64,000 nucleotides of DNA from Myxococcota bacterium (GCA_036339465.1 JAYZAY010000085.1:64001-128000); one strand, 5' to 3'. Positions 8,087 to 19,935 are shown, counted from the first letter of the stretch. Numbers and translations: made by a program. The notes: a model not told the origin generated them from the sequence alone.

Positions 8087-9305
8087 CTTTTTTACCATCG
8101 TCCTCGGATTTTACGTTTTTCGGGGACTTGTTTTTGACTGTCAAAGTGTTCTTTGGTGGGGTTGAAGTGACAGTGGTTTGAGGATCGTTACTCGTTTTTG
8201 TTTTTGTTTTTGTTTTTGTTTTTGTTTTTGTTTTTGTTTTTGTTTTTGTTTTTGTTGGCTTGGAGGGTTTAGCTGTTTTCGGGTGCGATGTACTCTTTGC
8301 AGTGCTGTTTGTCAGTGCTTTTGAAGCAGCTGCTTTTGTTGTTTTTGTTTTTGTTTTTGTTGTTTTTGTTGTTTTCGTGGCTTTTGATCGGTTTTGCGTG
8401 CTTTTTTTCCGTTGTGGTGGAAAGCGCCGCTGGGTGATTATTTTTCCGGTTCCTTGACTGAGTTTCTTACGGTTCCGTACCCTTCTAATGGCTTCTTGGA
8501 CAAGGAGTGGATTTGAATGATTGCTTAAAGCTTCGTAGAGGTTTTTCAAAGCAAGGTCATAGTTTTCGAGTTCTTGAAAGCAGTTGGCAATTTCAAAGAG
8601 GATGATAGCTTTAAAGGAGTCGCCTTCTTCGGCATTCAAAAGAAGGCGCTCATAGATCGCAATGGCTTCACTAAAACGGTCCTCAAGGATGAAGGAGCTC
8701 GCCAAAATCATCTCTGCTTGAATTGCCTCTTCACTTCTAGGCCATCTTCGTAATAACGCGTCAATTTCTGTATGGACCTGCGGGAAATTCTGCCGTTTAA
8801 AATAAATTTGCGCAATATGTAACTGAGCATCGCGGGTTTCAGGATGATTAGGGTGGGTTCGAACTACGTTTTGATAAATATCGAGGGCTTCGTCCACCTT
8901 TTCAAGCCGACTCAAATACAAATCCGCAATGGTTAGTTGTGCGGCAAGAGCTTCATTGGTGGTGGGAAATTCACCGATGAGTTGAGAATAATCCTTGATC
9001 GCTTGCTCATCGTTTCTCAAGTAGAGGGTATTCACTCTCCCGAGTCGATTGAGGATGAATTTCCGTTGCTCTAGCTGAATTTCATTTGGGGGACTGTTTG
9101 TTTCAAGTCGTACCAATAATTTTCGGTAGAGTTGGTCTGCTTGTGCGTACTTCCGTTGGTACATCAAATCGTTTGCCAGATTAAGACCGGCCCGAACACC
9201 GTCTCCACACGCAGTGGAGACAAGTATCCCCAGTACGAATGCGATGTTTCTCAATCGTACTGGGATTAGAATTGAACGACCAACTTTACTGGTCGGGGTT
9301 GTCAT
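8067..9305 (-). CDS. TPR-repeat protein, probable lipoprotein, with a Lys/Thr-rich disordered tail
   Basis: Hydrophobic stretch ending STAC (lipobox-like), several TPR-like helical repeats, (TK)n tail. The true start is probably a little downstream of 9305. Confidence 0.8.
   Translation of the reverse strand: MTTPTSKVGRSILIPVRLRNIAFVLGILVSTACGDGVRAGLNLANDLMYQRKYAQADQLYRKLLVRLETNSPPNEIQLEQRKFILNRLGRVNTLYLRNDEQAIKDYSQLIGEFPTTNEALAAQLTIADLYLSRLEKVDEALDIYQNVVRTHPNHPETRDAQLHIAQIYFKRQNFPQVHTEIDALLRRWPRSEEAIQAEMILASSFILEDRFSEAIAIYERLLLNAEEGDSFKAIILFEIANCFQELENYDLALKNLYEALSNHSNPLLVQEAIRRVRNRKKLSQGTGKIITQRRFPPQRKKSTQNRSKATKTTKTTKTKTKTTKAAASKALTNSTAKSTSHPKTAKPSKPTKTKTKTKTKTKTKTKTKTKTSNDPQTTVTSTPPKNTLTVKNKSPKNVKSEDDGKKDEPSSN
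8194..8253. repeat. in-frame hexamer microsatellite (GTTTTT)x10 encoding (Thr-Lys)n
   Basis: Counted directly; degenerate copies also occur at ~8335-8375. Confidence 0.95.
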
Positions 9306-11886
9306 CGGAAGCCGTTTCTTCAGGGATGTTTATGCCCGTTTCCGGCTCGTCCTCTTCTGGTTCGGCGATTCGGGCGACACTGGCGACAGCGCTATCATCA
9401 GTGACGTTGATGATTTTAACGCCTTGAGTCGAACGTCCCATGATTGAGATTTGGTCAATTTCAGTCCGAATCATTATACCACCATCGGTGATAACCATAA
9501 GCTCATCACGGTCACCAACGCCTACAACGGCAGCGACAACCCCCGTTTTATCACTGAGCTTAAAGTTAATGATTCCCGAGCCACCTCGACCTTGTTTCCG
9601 ATATTCTTCGTGGGTTGTGCGCTTACCATAACCCTGGGTGGAAATACTCAGGATATGGGGGAGGTCATCCCTTAAGATGACCATACCAACGACGGCGTCT
9701 CCGTCTTTCTTAAGGTTAATAGATCTCACTCCTCGTGCGGTTCTGCCCATGGGGCGAACGTCACCCTCTGAAAACCGGATGGTCATTCCCATTCGTGTTC
9801 CAATAAGGATGTCGTCCTCGCCGCCGGTATAATCCACGCCAATTAGAGTGTCGTCATCATCGATACTCAAGGCGATCAATCCCGAGTTTCTGGGCGTGGT
9901 GAATGCCTGAAGCTCTGTTTTCTTGATGTAGCCCTTCGCGGTTGCAAAGGCGAGAAAACTACCTTGGGTGAAATCCTTCAGTGGTAGTAACGCAGCAACC
10001 CGCTCTTCGCTGTTTAAACTAAGTAAATTTACGACAGGTTTACCACGGCTAGTCCGTGTGCCTTGTGGTATTTCATGAACCTTCAACCAATAAACCTTAC
10101 CGTGGTCGGTAAAGACCAGCACGTAGCTATGATTGGATGCCACGAAAATATTTTCGACGAAATCTTCGGATCGCGTTGTTGTGGCAGTCTTACCGCGCCC
10201 GCCTCTATTTTGAGCCTGGTAAACTTCGAGAGGAACGCGTTTTACATAGCCCGCGTGACTGACTGTGACGACGGAATCGTCATCGGCGACGAAATCTTCG
10301 GCGGACAACTCTTTTCCATGAAGGATGAGTTCGGTCTTTCGAGGTGAGGCATATTCATCTTTAATTTCTTGGAGTTCAGTGACGATAACAGACATGAGTC
10401 TTTCATCGGAGTCGAGAATCCCCAAGAGTTCTTCAATGGTCGTGCGAAGGGTTCGTGCTTCTTCTTCGAGCTTCTCACGTTCTAGCCCAGTCAATCGACC
10501 CAAGCGCATATCGAGAATCGCTTGTGCTTGACGTTCGTTAAGGCGCATAACCCCCGTTTTGATGGCCTGTGTGCCTGTTTCATACTCGAAGGTTAGCAAC
10601 TGCTCACTAAAGGTTTTAAATACCGGAGTCATTGGAAAATGCTCGGTCATCAAGGATGCTTTGGCTGTGGCCTGGTCTTTTGAAGCCCGAATAATTTCGA
10701 CGATACGGTCTATGGAATCAATGGCGGCTAGAAGCCCGAAAACAACGTTGAAGCGTTTACGGGCTTCCCGCAGCTCGTATTGACTGCGGCGAGTAACGAC
10801 TTCACGACGGTGGTTGATGAAGTGTTTGAGCATGTCCTTAAGGGTCAACACTTTAGGTTGTCCGTTAACGATGGCCAACATGTTAAATCCAAAGGACGTT
10901 TGAAGTGCGGTGAGTCGATAGAGCTGATTTAGGATGACTTCACCCATTGCATCACGCTTACACTCAATCACGATTTGCATGCCGTCTCGGTCGGATTCAT
11001 CACGAATATCACTGATGCCTTCGACGCGTTTATCGCGAACGAGGTGGGCAATCTTTTCGACGAGGTGGGCTTTATTCACCTGATAAGGAAGTTCCGTTAT
11101 AATGATTCGGTCACGGTTGTTGTGCTCTTCGACGCATGCCTTGCCTCTCAGCTGGATGATTCCGCGTCCGGTTTCGTAGGCTTTCTTTAGGTTGCTCGTT
11201 CCATAGACAATTCCGGCAGTGGGAAAGTCGGGGCCAGGTACAATCTTCATGAGATCTGACACCATCATATTGGGGGTCTTGATCAAAGAGACAGTGGCAT
11301 CGATAATTTCACCCAAATTGTGTGGGGCAATGTTCGTTGCCATCCCAACCGCGATTCCCGCTGAGCCGTTCACCAATAAGTTTGGGAACCGGGTAGGCAT
11401 GACCAACGGTTCCTCTAAGGAATCGTCGTAATTTGACCCGAAATCCACGGTTTCTTTGTCGATATCAGCGAGCATTTCCGATGAAAGTTTCGCCATCCTT
11501 ACTTCGGTATATCGCATGGCAGCTGGTGCATCCCCGTCGATACTACCAAAGTTTCCCTGCCCATCGATGAGGGTATGCCTCATTGAAAAGCCTTGAGCCA
11601 TGCGAACCAATGTATCGTAAACTGCCTGGTCACCGTGGGGGTGATACTTACCGATGACATCGCCGACGACACGGGCAGATTTTTTGTAAGCTCGATTGTA
11701 ATGATTTCCCAACTCTTGCATGGCAAAGAGCACTCGACGGTGGACGGGCTTTAGGCCGTCTCGAACATCGGGAAGGGCACGCCCAATGATTACGGACATT
11801 GCGTAATCGAGGTAGGAGGCTCTCATTTCATCTTCGATATCTATATTCACAGGATGCTTTGATCCTGGCGCTGTTGAATCAGTCAT
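9286..11886 (-). CDS. gyrA: DNA gyrase subunit A
   Basis: [16 protein letters not shown], catalytic AAMRYTE, GyrA box QNRGGRG, CTD beta-pinwheel repeats. Confidence 0.98.
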   Translation of the reverse strand: MTDSTAPGSKHPVNIDIEDEMRASYLDYAMSVIIGRALPDVRDGLKPVHRRVLFAMQELGNHYNRAYKKSARVVGDVIGKYHPHGDQAVYDTLVRMAQGFSMRHTLIDGQGNFGSIDGDAPAAMRYTEVRMAKLSSEMLADIDKETVDFGSNYDDSLEEPLVMPTRFPNLLVNGSAGIAVGMATNIAPHNLGEIIDATVSLIKTPNMMVSDLMKIVPGPDFPTAGIVYGTSNLKKAYETGRGIIQLRGKACVEEHNNRDRIIITELPYQVNKAHLVEKIAHLVRDKRVEGISDIRDESDRDGMQIVIECKRDAMGEVILNQLYRLTALQTSFGFNMLAIVNGQPKVLTLKDMLKHFINHRREVVTRRSQYELREARKRFNVVFGLLAAIDSIDRIVEIIRASKDQATAKASLMTEHFPMTPVFKTFSEQLLTFEYETGTQAIKTGVMRLNERQAQAILDMRLGRLTGLEREKLEEEARTLRTTIEELLGILDSDERLMSVIVTELQEIKDEYASPRKTELILHGKELSAEDFVADDDSVVTVSHAGYVKRVPLEVYQAQNRGGRGKTATTTRSEDFVENIFVASNHSYVLVFTDHGKVYWLKVHEIPQGTRTSRGKPVVNLLSLNSEERVAALLPLKDFTQGSFLAFATAKGYIKKTELQAFTTPRNSGLIALSIDDDDTLIGVDYTGGEDDILIGTRMGMTIRFSEGDVRPMGRTARGVRSINLKKDGDAVVGMVILRDDLPHILSISTQGYGKRTTHEEYRKQGRGGSGIINFKLSDKTGVVAAVVGVGDRDELMVITDGGIMIRTEIDQISIMGRSTQGVKIINVTDDSAVASVARIAEPEEDEPETGINIPEETASDDNPDQ

Positions 11887-12072
11887 ATTGGACCGTTCTA
11901 TATCGAACTCCGGCTATTTCAGCAATCGTCTCGTGAGCCAAGAGGCTCAAAAATAGAGGTTTTGAGGGGGATCTCCGGTATATTCCGTCGCAACTTTAGC
12001 CAAAAGAACTCTTGGGGTTCTTTCTGGAACTTGATAAAGAGAAGCCGTAGGTTTCGTTCGAGGAGGTCGATT

Positions 12073-13401
12073 GTGGCACATGAGGTTTTATTGCCCCAAA
12101 TGGGGGAGTCTATCGCAGAAGGCACTATAACCACCTGGCTCAAGAAAATCGGTGAGCATGTCGAGCGTGACGAAGCGCTTTTCGAAATGTCGACGGATAA
12201 AGTCGATGCGGAAATTCCCTCTCCAGTTACGGGGACGCTTTTGGAGATCAGGGCGGAAGCCGGGCAAACGGTTGAGGTGGGGGCCGTGGTGGCTTTGATC
12301 GGTGAGGCTGGTGGCACGATTTCAGATGATTCTTCGGCTAGAGCTCCTGACGAAGGCCCCGAAAAAGCCGCCGAAAAAGAACCGGCACTGCAGGCTGTTT
12401 CTGGGCCTGAAGCTACGGGTGATTCGGTCGAAGAGCGGCGTCGTACAAAGAGTTCACCGCTGGTGCGAAAAATAGCAGCTGAGCACAATGTTGAGATCTC
12501 GAAAATTACGGGTACTGGGGTCAGCGGTCGGGTGACAAAATCCGATATCCTCAGTTTTATCGAAACGTCGAATGCGGGGACATCCGCAGTGTCAACCCCT
12601 GCTTCTTCTGCTCCTTCTGCCGCTCCTGCGGTTGTGAGTCAGGGAACCGGGGTCAGCTTAGGGATGCCCAACGAAGTACCCGTAGCTTATCGTGCGAAAG
12701 TCTACGAGGGCGATACTATCGAAGAGATGTCCAACATGCGCTCAAAGATTGCCGAGCACATGGTTGTATCCAAGCATATTTCTCCACATGTAGCCACGGT
12801 CTGGGAGATGGATTTCAGCAAAGTAGCGGCTTTACGAAAGCGCTATAAAGCAAAATGGCAGGAGCGCCACGGAGTAAATATTACTTTTACTTCATTTATC
12901 CTGAAGGCCACCGTTGATGCTTTGAGAGCATTCCCGATGATAAATGCGAGCTTGGACGGCCAAAAAATTATCTATCACCGAGATATCAACTTGGGGATTG
13001 CAGTTGCTCTTGATTGGGGACTTTTGGTGCCGGTCATTCGAGGTGCACAGGATTTGAACCTCCTAGGCATTACCAAACGCGCAAATGATTTAGCAGAAAG
13101 AGCTAGGGCAAAGAAATTAAAGCCGGATGAAGTTCAATACGGTACCTTTACCGTGACAAATCCAGGGGTATTTGGTCCCATGTTTGGACTTCCGGTGATC
13201 AACCAGCCCCAAGTTGCAATTTTGGGTTGTGGGGCAGTGGAGAAGAGACCTGTGGTCGTTGATGACATGATTGCGATTCGGACCAGGGCCTATATCTCAT
13301 TGAGTTTTGACCATCGGTTAGTGGATGGTGCGGATGCAGACCAATTTATGAAGCGAATTAAGTCTGGAATAGAGGATTTTGACGAAGCAGAACTCGGTTA
13401 A
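12073..13401 (+). CDS. 2-oxoacid dehydrogenase E2 (dihydrolipoamide acyltransferase), single lipoyl domain
   Basis: GTG start after AGGAGG; PQMGESIAEG...TDKV lipoyl domain, SPLVRKIA E3-binding domain, SFDHRLVDG catalytic motif. Confidence 0.93.
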   Translation: MAHEVLLPQMGESIAEGTITTWLKKIGEHVERDEALFEMSTDKVDAEIPSPVTGTLLEIRAEAGQTVEVGAVVALIGEAGGTISDDSSARAPDEGPEKAAEKEPALQAVSGPEATGDSVEERRRTKSSPLVRKIAAEHNVEISKITGTGVSGRVTKSDILSFIETSNAGTSAVSTPASSAPSAAPAVVSQGTGVSLGMPNEVPVAYRAKVYEGDTIEEMSNMRSKIAEHMVVSKHISPHVATVWEMDFSKVAALRKRYKAKWQERHGVNITFTSFILKATVDALRAFPMINASLDGQKIIYHRDINLGIAVALDWGLLVPVIRGAQDLNLLGITKRANDLAERARAKKLKPDEVQYGTFTVTNPGVFGPMFGLPVINQPQVAILGCGAVEKRPVVVDDMIAIRTRAYISLSFDHRLVDGADADQFMKRIKSGIEDFDEAELG

Positions 13402-13411
13402 GGTGTGTCTT

Positions 13412-14128
13412 GTGGATCGAAATTTACGCATAGAAAATATGGGGGTTGTTTCCTATGGGCCCATGTTGGCTCTACAGGAACAACGGCATCTAGATATCCA
13501 GCAAGGAAAGTCAGATGACACTCTCTTTCTGCTTGAGCATTGGCCGGTTGTAACCTCGGGTCGAAACGGAAAGACCGAGAGTCTCCTCGCAAGTGAAAGT
13601 GAACTTAAACGTCGAGGGGTTCAGTTTTATTGTACAGGCCGTGGTGGTGACGTGACCTACCATGCTCCTGGTCAAGTGGTTGGCTATCCAATTGTTGAAT
13701 TGCAAGAGTCAGAGCGCGATATTAAGAGTTATGTTTGGAAGCTTGAAGAAATATTAATTCGAACCTCTCAAGACTATGGCCTTAAGGCCGAGCGTATTGA
13801 GGGGCTGCGGGGAATTTGGGTAGGAGAGCGAAAACTAGCGGCCATTGGTGTCCGGCTTTCCCGTTGGGTCACGATGCATGGTTTTGCTCTGAATGTTAGT
13901 GTAGATCTGAGCGGTTTTGGGTTGATTGTTCCCTGCGGTTTGTATGGTAAAGGGGTTACTTCTTTAGGTCTTGAGCTGGGTGAAGCTCCACCTTTGGGAC
14001 ACGTTCAGAGTAAATTGGGTGCCCATGCCGCAGATGTTTTGGGGCGACAAAGTTATCAGGCCCTGCCAACAGGATTGCCAGCTCCAATTGTTACGGAAGA
14101 TTCTGTGCGGATCCCCGCAGTGAGGTGA
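13412..14128 (+). CDS. lipB: lipoyl(octanoyl) transferase
   Basis: LLEH.PV.T.GR, RGGDVTYHAPGQ, KLAAIG, HGFALN, PCG. Confidence 0.95.
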   Translation: MDRNLRIENMGVVSYGPMLALQEQRHLDIQQGKSDDTLFLLEHWPVVTSGRNGKTESLLASESELKRRGVQFYCTGRGGDVTYHAPGQVVGYPIVELQESERDIKSYVWKLEEILIRTSQDYGLKAERIEGLRGIWVGERKLAAIGVRLSRWVTMHGFALNVSVDLSGFGLIVPCGLYGKGVTSLGLELGEAPPLGHVQSKLGAHAADVLGRQSYQALPTGLPAPIVTEDSVRIPAVR

Positions 14129-14134
14129 GATGTT

Positions 14135-15076
14135 ATGTCTACGGCCAAAGAGCTTGTGCAAATCGGAGTTAATTCAAAGGTAATCGCTCGTTCCGGACAG
14201 GAAGCGCGGCGGCCGCCATGGCTTAGGGTCAAGGTTCAGTACACCGAAGGTTTTAGTGAAGTGAAGTCACTCTTGGGTGACTTGCAACTAAACACCGTGT
14301 GTGAAGAGGCGCGTTGTCCAAATATTTGGGAGTGCTGGGGCAAGCACCGGACAGCGACTTTCATGATTTTGGGGGAGATCTGTACGCGAGCATGTCGATA
14401 CTGCTCCGTAACCAGCGCGCGTCCTGGGGAGATTGATCTACACGAGCCTGAGCATGTCGCAGAGGCTGTTGCTCGGATGAAGTTGGCGCATACTGTGATT
14501 ACCAGCGTCGATAGGGATGACCTTGAGGATCTAGGAGCCGGGCATTGGGTTGAAACCATCCAGGCTATCCAGAGAAAAAGCCCTCAGACACGCATTGAGA
14601 TTCTGACACCCGACTTTATAGGGGATTACCACCAACTTCGTCGTGTTTTGGATACGCATCCCGCAGTTTTTAGTCACAATGTGGAAACTGTCCCCCGCTT
14701 GTATCGAAAGTTGCGAAGTAAAGGGATTTATGAACGATGTCTTGAGCTATTGGGTCGTCTGCATGCATACAGGGTTGAACAGAATATTGCGATGACCACC
14801 AAAACAGGCTTGATGTGCGGCCTTGGGGAAACCAAGGACGAAATTCTTCAGGTGATGGATGATTTAAGGTCTGTTCACGTCGATGTATTTACCATGGGAC
14901 AATATCTCAATCCGACAAAGAAACATTTCCCCGTACAGCGATTTTATCGTCCAGAAGAATTCGATGATTTGAAAGAAGAAGCCTTAAAGCGTGGTTTCAA
15001 GAATGTTGTGAGTGGTCCATTGGTTCGTAGTTCTTATCACGCACATGAGCACGTACCGGAAGCCATTCTCAAGTAA
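14135..15076 (+). CDS. lipA: lipoyl synthase
   Basis: CEEARCPNIWEC, CTRACRYC radical-SAM motif, C-terminal RSSYHA. Confidence 0.97.
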   Translation: MSTAKELVQIGVNSKVIARSGQEARRPPWLRVKVQYTEGFSEVKSLLGDLQLNTVCEEARCPNIWECWGKHRTATFMILGEICTRACRYCSVTSARPGEIDLHEPEHVAEAVARMKLAHTVITSVDRDDLEDLGAGHWVETIQAIQRKSPQTRIEILTPDFIGDYHQLRRVLDTHPAVFSHNVETVPRLYRKLRSKGIYERCLELLGRLHAYRVEQNIAMTTKTGLMCGLGETKDEILQVMDDLRSVHVDVFTMGQYLNPTKKHFPVQRFYRPEEFDDLKEEALKRGFKNVVSGPLVRSSYHAHEHVPEAILK

Positions 15077-15090
15077 AATTCTCTGATGGC

Positions 15091-16527
15091 TTAGCCTAAG
15101 AGTTCTTTTAGGATTTTGTTTACGAGTTTTGGGTTTGCCTTACCTTGGGTTTCTTTCATTATTTGTCCGACGAAGAAGCCAATCAATTTGGTTTTACCAC
15201 CTCGGTAGTCGGAGGCCTGTTGTGGGTGGCGTGCGATAATTTCTTCGAGGATTGGTTTCAATTCATCACTATTGGCAACTTGCTTTAGCCCCCTACTTTC
15301 AACAATGCGGTTGGGACTGCCTCCCTCTTCTTTAAGGATCCCAAGAACTTCTTTTCCGATTTTACCGGAAATGACTTCCGAATCGATCAACGCTAAAAGT
15401 TCTGCGAGCTCTTTTGCACCAAACTTCAGCTGGTGAAGGGGGGTTTCTTTGGCATCCCTTAGCAATTCATTCATCAGCCAATTGGCGGCCAGTTTAGGAT
15501 TTCTATGATGGTTCAGGATTTCCTCGAAAAATGTTGCAACTTCAGGTTCTTCGGTCAAAACGGTGGCGTCATATTCCGAGAGTTTAAAGTCGCTCAAGAA
15601 TCGCTCTTTTTTTTTGTTGGGAAGTTCGGGGAGGTTATTTCGCAGATTCTCTATTTGTTCTAAAGAAACATTTAGAATGGGAAGGTCCGGATCGGGAAAG
15701 TAGCGATAGTCATGTGCATCCTCTTTGGAACGCATGGACCGGGTTTGTTGCTTGGTACTATCCCAGAGTCTAGTCTCTTGAACAATGACTTCTTTGGCTT
15801 CAAGCAAATAGATTTGGCGCTCAACTTCGTATTCCGTTGCCTGTTGGATGAACTTGAAGGAGTTAATATTTTTTAGCTCAGTTCTAGTTCCCAATTCCTT
15901 TTTTCCGTGTTTTCGAACGGATATGTTGACGTCACAACGGAAACTACCTTCTTGCATATTCCCATCACAAACACCGAGGTATCGAAGAATTTGTCGAAGA
16001 GACTTAAGGTAAGAAACGACTTCCTGGGATGAACTGAGGTCTGGCTCACTCACAATTTCTATGAGCGGGGTGCCTGCCCGATTAAAGTCGATCACCGAAC
16101 GTGAGCCTAGAGCGCAAGAATCATGAACATTCTTTCCTGCATCTTCTTCCATGTGGATTCGATTGATTCGGATACGCTTGGTTTCTGACCCGCCTATTGC
16201 GATATCTAGGTATCCCGCAGTTGCGTAGGGCTGGGCGAACTGCGTTATTTGATAGCCCTTAGGAAGGTCAGGATAAAAATAATGTTTTCTGTCAAATTGG
16301 CTTTGGGGGTGAATGGTACAGTTAAGGCCAATTCCCGCTTGAATGGCCATCTTGACCGCTTCTTTGTTAAGGACAGGAAGCACGCCAGGTAATCCCAAAT
16401 TAACCACATCAACGAGGGTGTTTGGGGCGCGTCCAAATGTGGTTCCGCTAGATGAGAATAGCTTACTTTTCGTCGATAGTTGGGCGTGAACTTCTAGTCC
16501 AATGACTGTTTCCCAGTGATTTGCCAT
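15091..16527 (-). CDS. gatB: Asp/Glu-tRNA amidotransferase subunit B
   Basis: IGLEVHAQL, YFYPDLPKGYQI, EEDAGK, YRYFPDPDL. Confidence 0.98.
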   Translation of the reverse strand: MANHWETVIGLEVHAQLSTKSKLFSSSGTTFGRAPNTLVDVVNLGLPGVLPVLNKEAVKMAIQAGIGLNCTIHPQSQFDRKHYFYPDLPKGYQITQFAQPYATAGYLDIAIGGSETKRIRINRIHMEEDAGKNVHDSCALGSRSVIDFNRAGTPLIEIVSEPDLSSSQEVVSYLKSLRQILRYLGVCDGNMQEGSFRCDVNISVRKHGKKELGTRTELKNINSFKFIQQATEYEVERQIYLLEAKEVIVQETRLWDSTKQQTRSMRSKEDAHDYRYFPDPDLPILNVSLEQIENLRNNLPELPNKKKERFLSDFKLSEYDATVLTEEPEVATFFEEILNHHRNPKLAANWLMNELLRDAKETPLHQLKFGAKELAELLALIDSEVISGKIGKEVLGILKEEGGSPNRIVESRGLKQVANSDELKPILEEIIARHPQQASDYRGGKTKLIGFFVGQIMKETQGKANPKLVNKILKELLG

Positions 16528-17973
16528 TTAGATTGATCCCCCGCCGTATTTCTCGATGGATCGCGCGACGCCTAGAAGGGTTGACTCATCCCATGGCCTA
16601 CCGATGAGTTGGCATGAGAGGGGGAGATTGTCTTCATCGAATCCGATGGGTAGAGCCATGGCTGGTAACCCTGCCAAGTTTACGTTAACGGTGAAGATAT
16701 CCGACAAGTACATAGCCAATGGATCATTTAATTGTTCGCCCATGCCGAAAGCGGTGGTGGGTGTTGTTGGGGTTAGAATGACATCCACTTGGGAGAATGC
16801 ATCTCGAAAATCCTGACAAATCAGAGTTCTTACTTTTTGTGCTTTTAGGTAGTAGGCATCGTAGTAGCCAGCAGAGAGAGCGTAGGTGCCTAGCATAATA
16901 CGGCGTTTTACTTCGGGGCCAAACCCAGCAGAACGGGTGTTTTGGTACATCGCGTGTAAGTCGTCGTCCCCCCCGACCCGATTGCCATAGCGGACGCCGT
17001 CAAATCTTGCGAGGTTGCTGCTTGCTTCAGCGGTAGCGAGTAAATAGTAGGTGGCGATTCCGTATTCACTGTGGGGTAGTGAAATATCGATGAGCTCTGC
17101 TCCCTGTTCTTCGAGCGATTTTTTTGTTTTAGCGAGGGCTTGCGCCATTGCCGAGGGAAGAGATTCTTCAAAATACTCTCTGGGTATACCAACCCGGAGA
17201 TTCTGAACCCCTTGTTCTATGCCTTCGAGGTAATCAGGTACGCTTTGTTCAACACTGCTCGAGTCTTTGTCATCATACCCCGCAATAGCCTGCAGTATGA
17301 TGGCATTGTCTCGGACTGTTCGGGTGAGTGGCCCGGCCTGATCGAGAGAGCTTGCGAAAGCAATCATCCCAAAGCGTGACACCCTTCCATAGGTGGGTTT
17401 GAGCCCCACGGTTCCGCAAAAAGCGGCGGGTTGCCGGATGGAACCACCGGTGTCAGTTCCTAGGGCAGCGAAAACAGAATGATTTGCGACTGCGGCGGCT
17501 GAGCCTCCGCTTGAGCCTCCGGCGACTTTGTCGGGATTATGTGGATTGCGCACCGGTTGGTAGGCCGAGAATTCATTGGAAGACCCCATGGCAAATTCAT
17601 CCATATTCAGTTTTCCAAGGATGATTGCTCCTGCTTCTCGGAGTTTGGCCACAATGGTGGAATCATAGGGAGGAATGTAGCCCTCAAGTAGTCGAGATGC
17701 ACAAGTTGTAGGGGCATCTCGGGTGATGAAAATATCCTTTAGCCCAATGGGGACACCATCTAAAATCGATTTGGGGGCTCGGTTTTTATGACGTTGATCG
17801 GATTGAGTAGCAGCTTGAATGGCCGAACTCTCCGAGACATGAAGAAAGCAACCCGAATCTTTTGTGTCTTGGACCTTTTCTAGGCAGGCGGAGACCAGAG
17901 CCAGACTCGTAATCGCACCACATCTAATTTGTTGGCATGCTGCTTCTAAGCTTTGTTCTAGAATATCCACCAC
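16528..17973 (-). CDS. gatA: Asp/Glu-tRNA amidotransferase subunit A
   Basis: Amidase signature [30 protein letters not shown]. Confidence 0.98.
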   Translation of the reverse strand: MVDILEQSLEAACQQIRCGAITSLALVSACLEKVQDTKDSGCFLHVSESSAIQAATQSDQRHKNRAPKSILDGVPIGLKDIFITRDAPTTCASRLLEGYIPPYDSTIVAKLREAGAIILGKLNMDEFAMGSSNEFSAYQPVRNPHNPDKVAGGSSGGSAAAVANHSVFAALGTDTGGSIRQPAAFCGTVGLKPTYGRVSRFGMIAFASSLDQAGPLTRTVRDNAIILQAIAGYDDKDSSSVEQSVPDYLEGIEQGVQNLRVGIPREYFEESLPSAMAQALAKTKKSLEEQGAELIDISLPHSEYGIATYYLLATAEASSNLARFDGVRYGNRVGGDDDLHAMYQNTRSAGFGPEVKRRIMLGTYALSAGYYDAYYLKAQKVRTLICQDFRDAFSQVDVILTPTTPTTAFGMGEQLNDPLAMYLSDIFTVNVNLAGLPAMALPIGFDEDNLPLSCQLIGRPWDESTLLGVARSIEKYGGGSI

Positions 17974-17976
17974 GAT

Positions 17977-18273
17977 TTACTCGATAACTTTCGGCACACC
18001 AAAGCCATTGGCGAGAACCTCAGGGGCTTGTTTCAGCACATCCTCTCGAGGGAGTGCTGGTGTGGCGTGGTCTTCTCTGAGGGGAAGAGGGATATTGTGT
18101 GGGTGAATGGTTGCATCTATTGAACACGTATCCAGCTCTTCCAGTTTATTGATATAACCAAGGATAGCTTGCAGGTCTACTTGCATAGATACCAAGTCCT
18201 CTTCCGGAAAACTCAGCCGAGCAAGTTTCGCAATGTGTTTCACTTGATTGAGAGAGATTGTCTCGTCGCTCAT
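17977..18273 (-). CDS. gatC: Asp/Glu-tRNA amidotransferase subunit C
   Basis: VKHIAKLARL...LRED...VPKVIE; lies upstream of gatA. Confidence 0.95.
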   Translation of the reverse strand: MSDETISLNQVKHIAKLARLSFPEEDLVSMQVDLQAILGYINKLEELDTCSIDATIHPHNIPLPLREDHATPALPREDVLKQAPEVLANGFGVPKVIE

Positions 18274-19865
18274 AAATCACCTAGGGCTTGGGCCTCTCTT
18301 AATTGTTTAATTTTGTTTCTAACAATTGGGAGCTCGGGTTCTGTCGCCGGGGACAGAGATACAAATTTCTCATAATTTTGCAACGCTTCCTTTTTAAGTC
18401 CTTGACGGTTTTGTGTTTCTGCGAGCCCAAAATAAGAAGCAGGATAGTCTTCTCTTAGGGTGATCGCTTGTTGGAAGGCTTTGGAGGCTTGGCTATCTTG
18501 CTTAAGATCGAGCCAGCACCAGCCCATACCCACGTAAATTTCAGGCAAGTTTGGGTTAAGCTGTGCGGCTTGCTGGTAGTATCCAATGGCCTGTTTAGCC
18601 CGATCGCTGAATCGATGCCGTTCGGCGGTTCTGAGGAGGGATTGAAGAGTTGGTTGGGGATCCGTTTTTTTCTCGGGCGTGCGTGGAATGGCGATTTCTT
18701 GATTTGGAGAATCTGCGGCGGTTTTCGACTTTTCTTTTTTGGAGGCTTTTGGGTTGGTCATTTCCATAGCGAGTCGTTTTTGAAGCGCAAGAGCAACGGG
18801 ATGATTTGGGAATCGTTCATGTCCTCCTTTGAGGACCTTTTCTGCTTCATCGAATTTAGTGAGGCGGATGAAATCACTGACGATTCGAAAACGGATATCG
18901 AAATTTCCCGGTTCTTGTTCGAGGTATTTTAACGATTTTTCCATATTTTTTCGGGTTAAGTTGTCGGGCAGTAGTAGGGACAGCTTTGGTGTTGCCTCCA
19001 CAGCTTCTAGGCGTACTTTTTCTCTCATGAAATCATCTGACTTTTTCTTTCGAACAAAGAACTCCGCGAGAATATAATGTCCTATAGGATTTCTGGGGGT
19101 TCTTTGTGTCAATTGCATGGCTGCGAGAAATGCACCTTCAAGGTAGACTGCTTGATTGGGCAAACTCAGGGGGGCCAGAAGTGGGATATTATAGGCCCTG
19201 GAGAGTTGCAGATAGTCGTACAGTGAAAGCTGGATCAGAGCGATGGATTCATAGAATTCATCGAGGTGTTTTAAGCTGGGTTCAAGACTCTTAAGTAGGT
19301 CTAGGGACTTGAGCAGTCTAGACTGGGTATAGCCCAGTCTTTGGATTTGTGCGTCTCGAATCACGGTTAGAGAGTTTTCTGTTTGTTGGACCGGGGCAGG
19401 GAGGGTATGGAGACGATAAATTGCGACAAATAATGTACCGAGCAGAAGGGCCACGGTGAAAACTAAAGCTGAAACCGTACGGTGGTGCCTAAGGCGATAA
19501 CTTTGATATCGACCAGTTAAGGTGCTGACTTCAAGTTCACTTAGTCTGGGGTCGGCCTCCGAGAGCACAACTTCATTTTCGAGGGTCATTGAAGTGGAAC
19601 CGAGCAATGAGCTTGTTCGGGCTGCAGCGGAAAAGAAAGGAGCAAATTCCGGGAGTTGTTTGAGGGAAATCCAAACGTCGCCGTTTCTGGAAACAGCATC
19701 GCTGACCTCGACTTTACCCGCGAGGATCTCTCTGTGTAACTCTGAGAGACCGTCGATTTCTTGGATGCTTCCATCGATTTTTTTGATCAAGAAGGGGAGG
19801 ACCTGTTTTTCTGGATTTGGTGCCTCTTCAGGGGGCGAAATTTTGGATGGAGTATCTGTGGCCAT
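18270..19865 (-). CDS. membrane protein: N-terminal GYF-like domain, one TM helix, C-terminal TPRs
   Basis: TM SALVFTVALLLGTLFVAIY; TPRs (YQQAAQLNP, YFGLAE); ATGA overlap with gatC. Confidence 0.75.
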   Translation of the reverse strand: MATDTPSKISPPEEAPNPEKQVLPFLIKKIDGSIQEIDGLSELHREILAGKVEVSDAVSRNGDVWISLKQLPEFAPFFSAAARTSSLLGSTSMTLENEVVLSEADPRLSELEVSTLTGRYQSYRLRHHRTVSALVFTVALLLGTLFVAIYRLHTLPAPVQQTENSLTVIRDAQIQRLGYTQSRLLKSLDLLKSLEPSLKHLDEFYESIALIQLSLYDYLQLSRAYNIPLLAPLSLPNQAVYLEGAFLAAMQLTQRTPRNPIGHYILAEFFVRKKKSDDFMREKVRLEAVEATPKLSLLLPDNLTRKNMEKSLKYLEQEPGNFDIRFRIVSDFIRLTKFDEAEKVLKGGHERFPNHPVALALQKRLAMEMTNPKASKKEKSKTAADSPNQEIAIPRTPEKKTDPQPTLQSLLRTAERHRFSDRAKQAIGYYQQAAQLNPNLPEIYVGMGWCWLDLKQDSQASKAFQQAITLREDYPASYFGLAETQNRQGLKKEALQNYEKFVSLSPATEPELPIVRNKIKQLREAQALGDL

Positions 19866-19935
19866 CGGGTATTTCCATAAAGAGGTTTTAGTACTTGTCC
19901 GGATTCCTCTGACTCGTCGCTAAGTATTCATCACT

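Noticed and set aside
11962..12072. Long N-terminal extensions in the track ORFs (E2; also uvrD, lexA, the NarL regulator, the hpt-overlapping ORF)
   Set aside because: RBS positions and domain boundaries support downstream starts.
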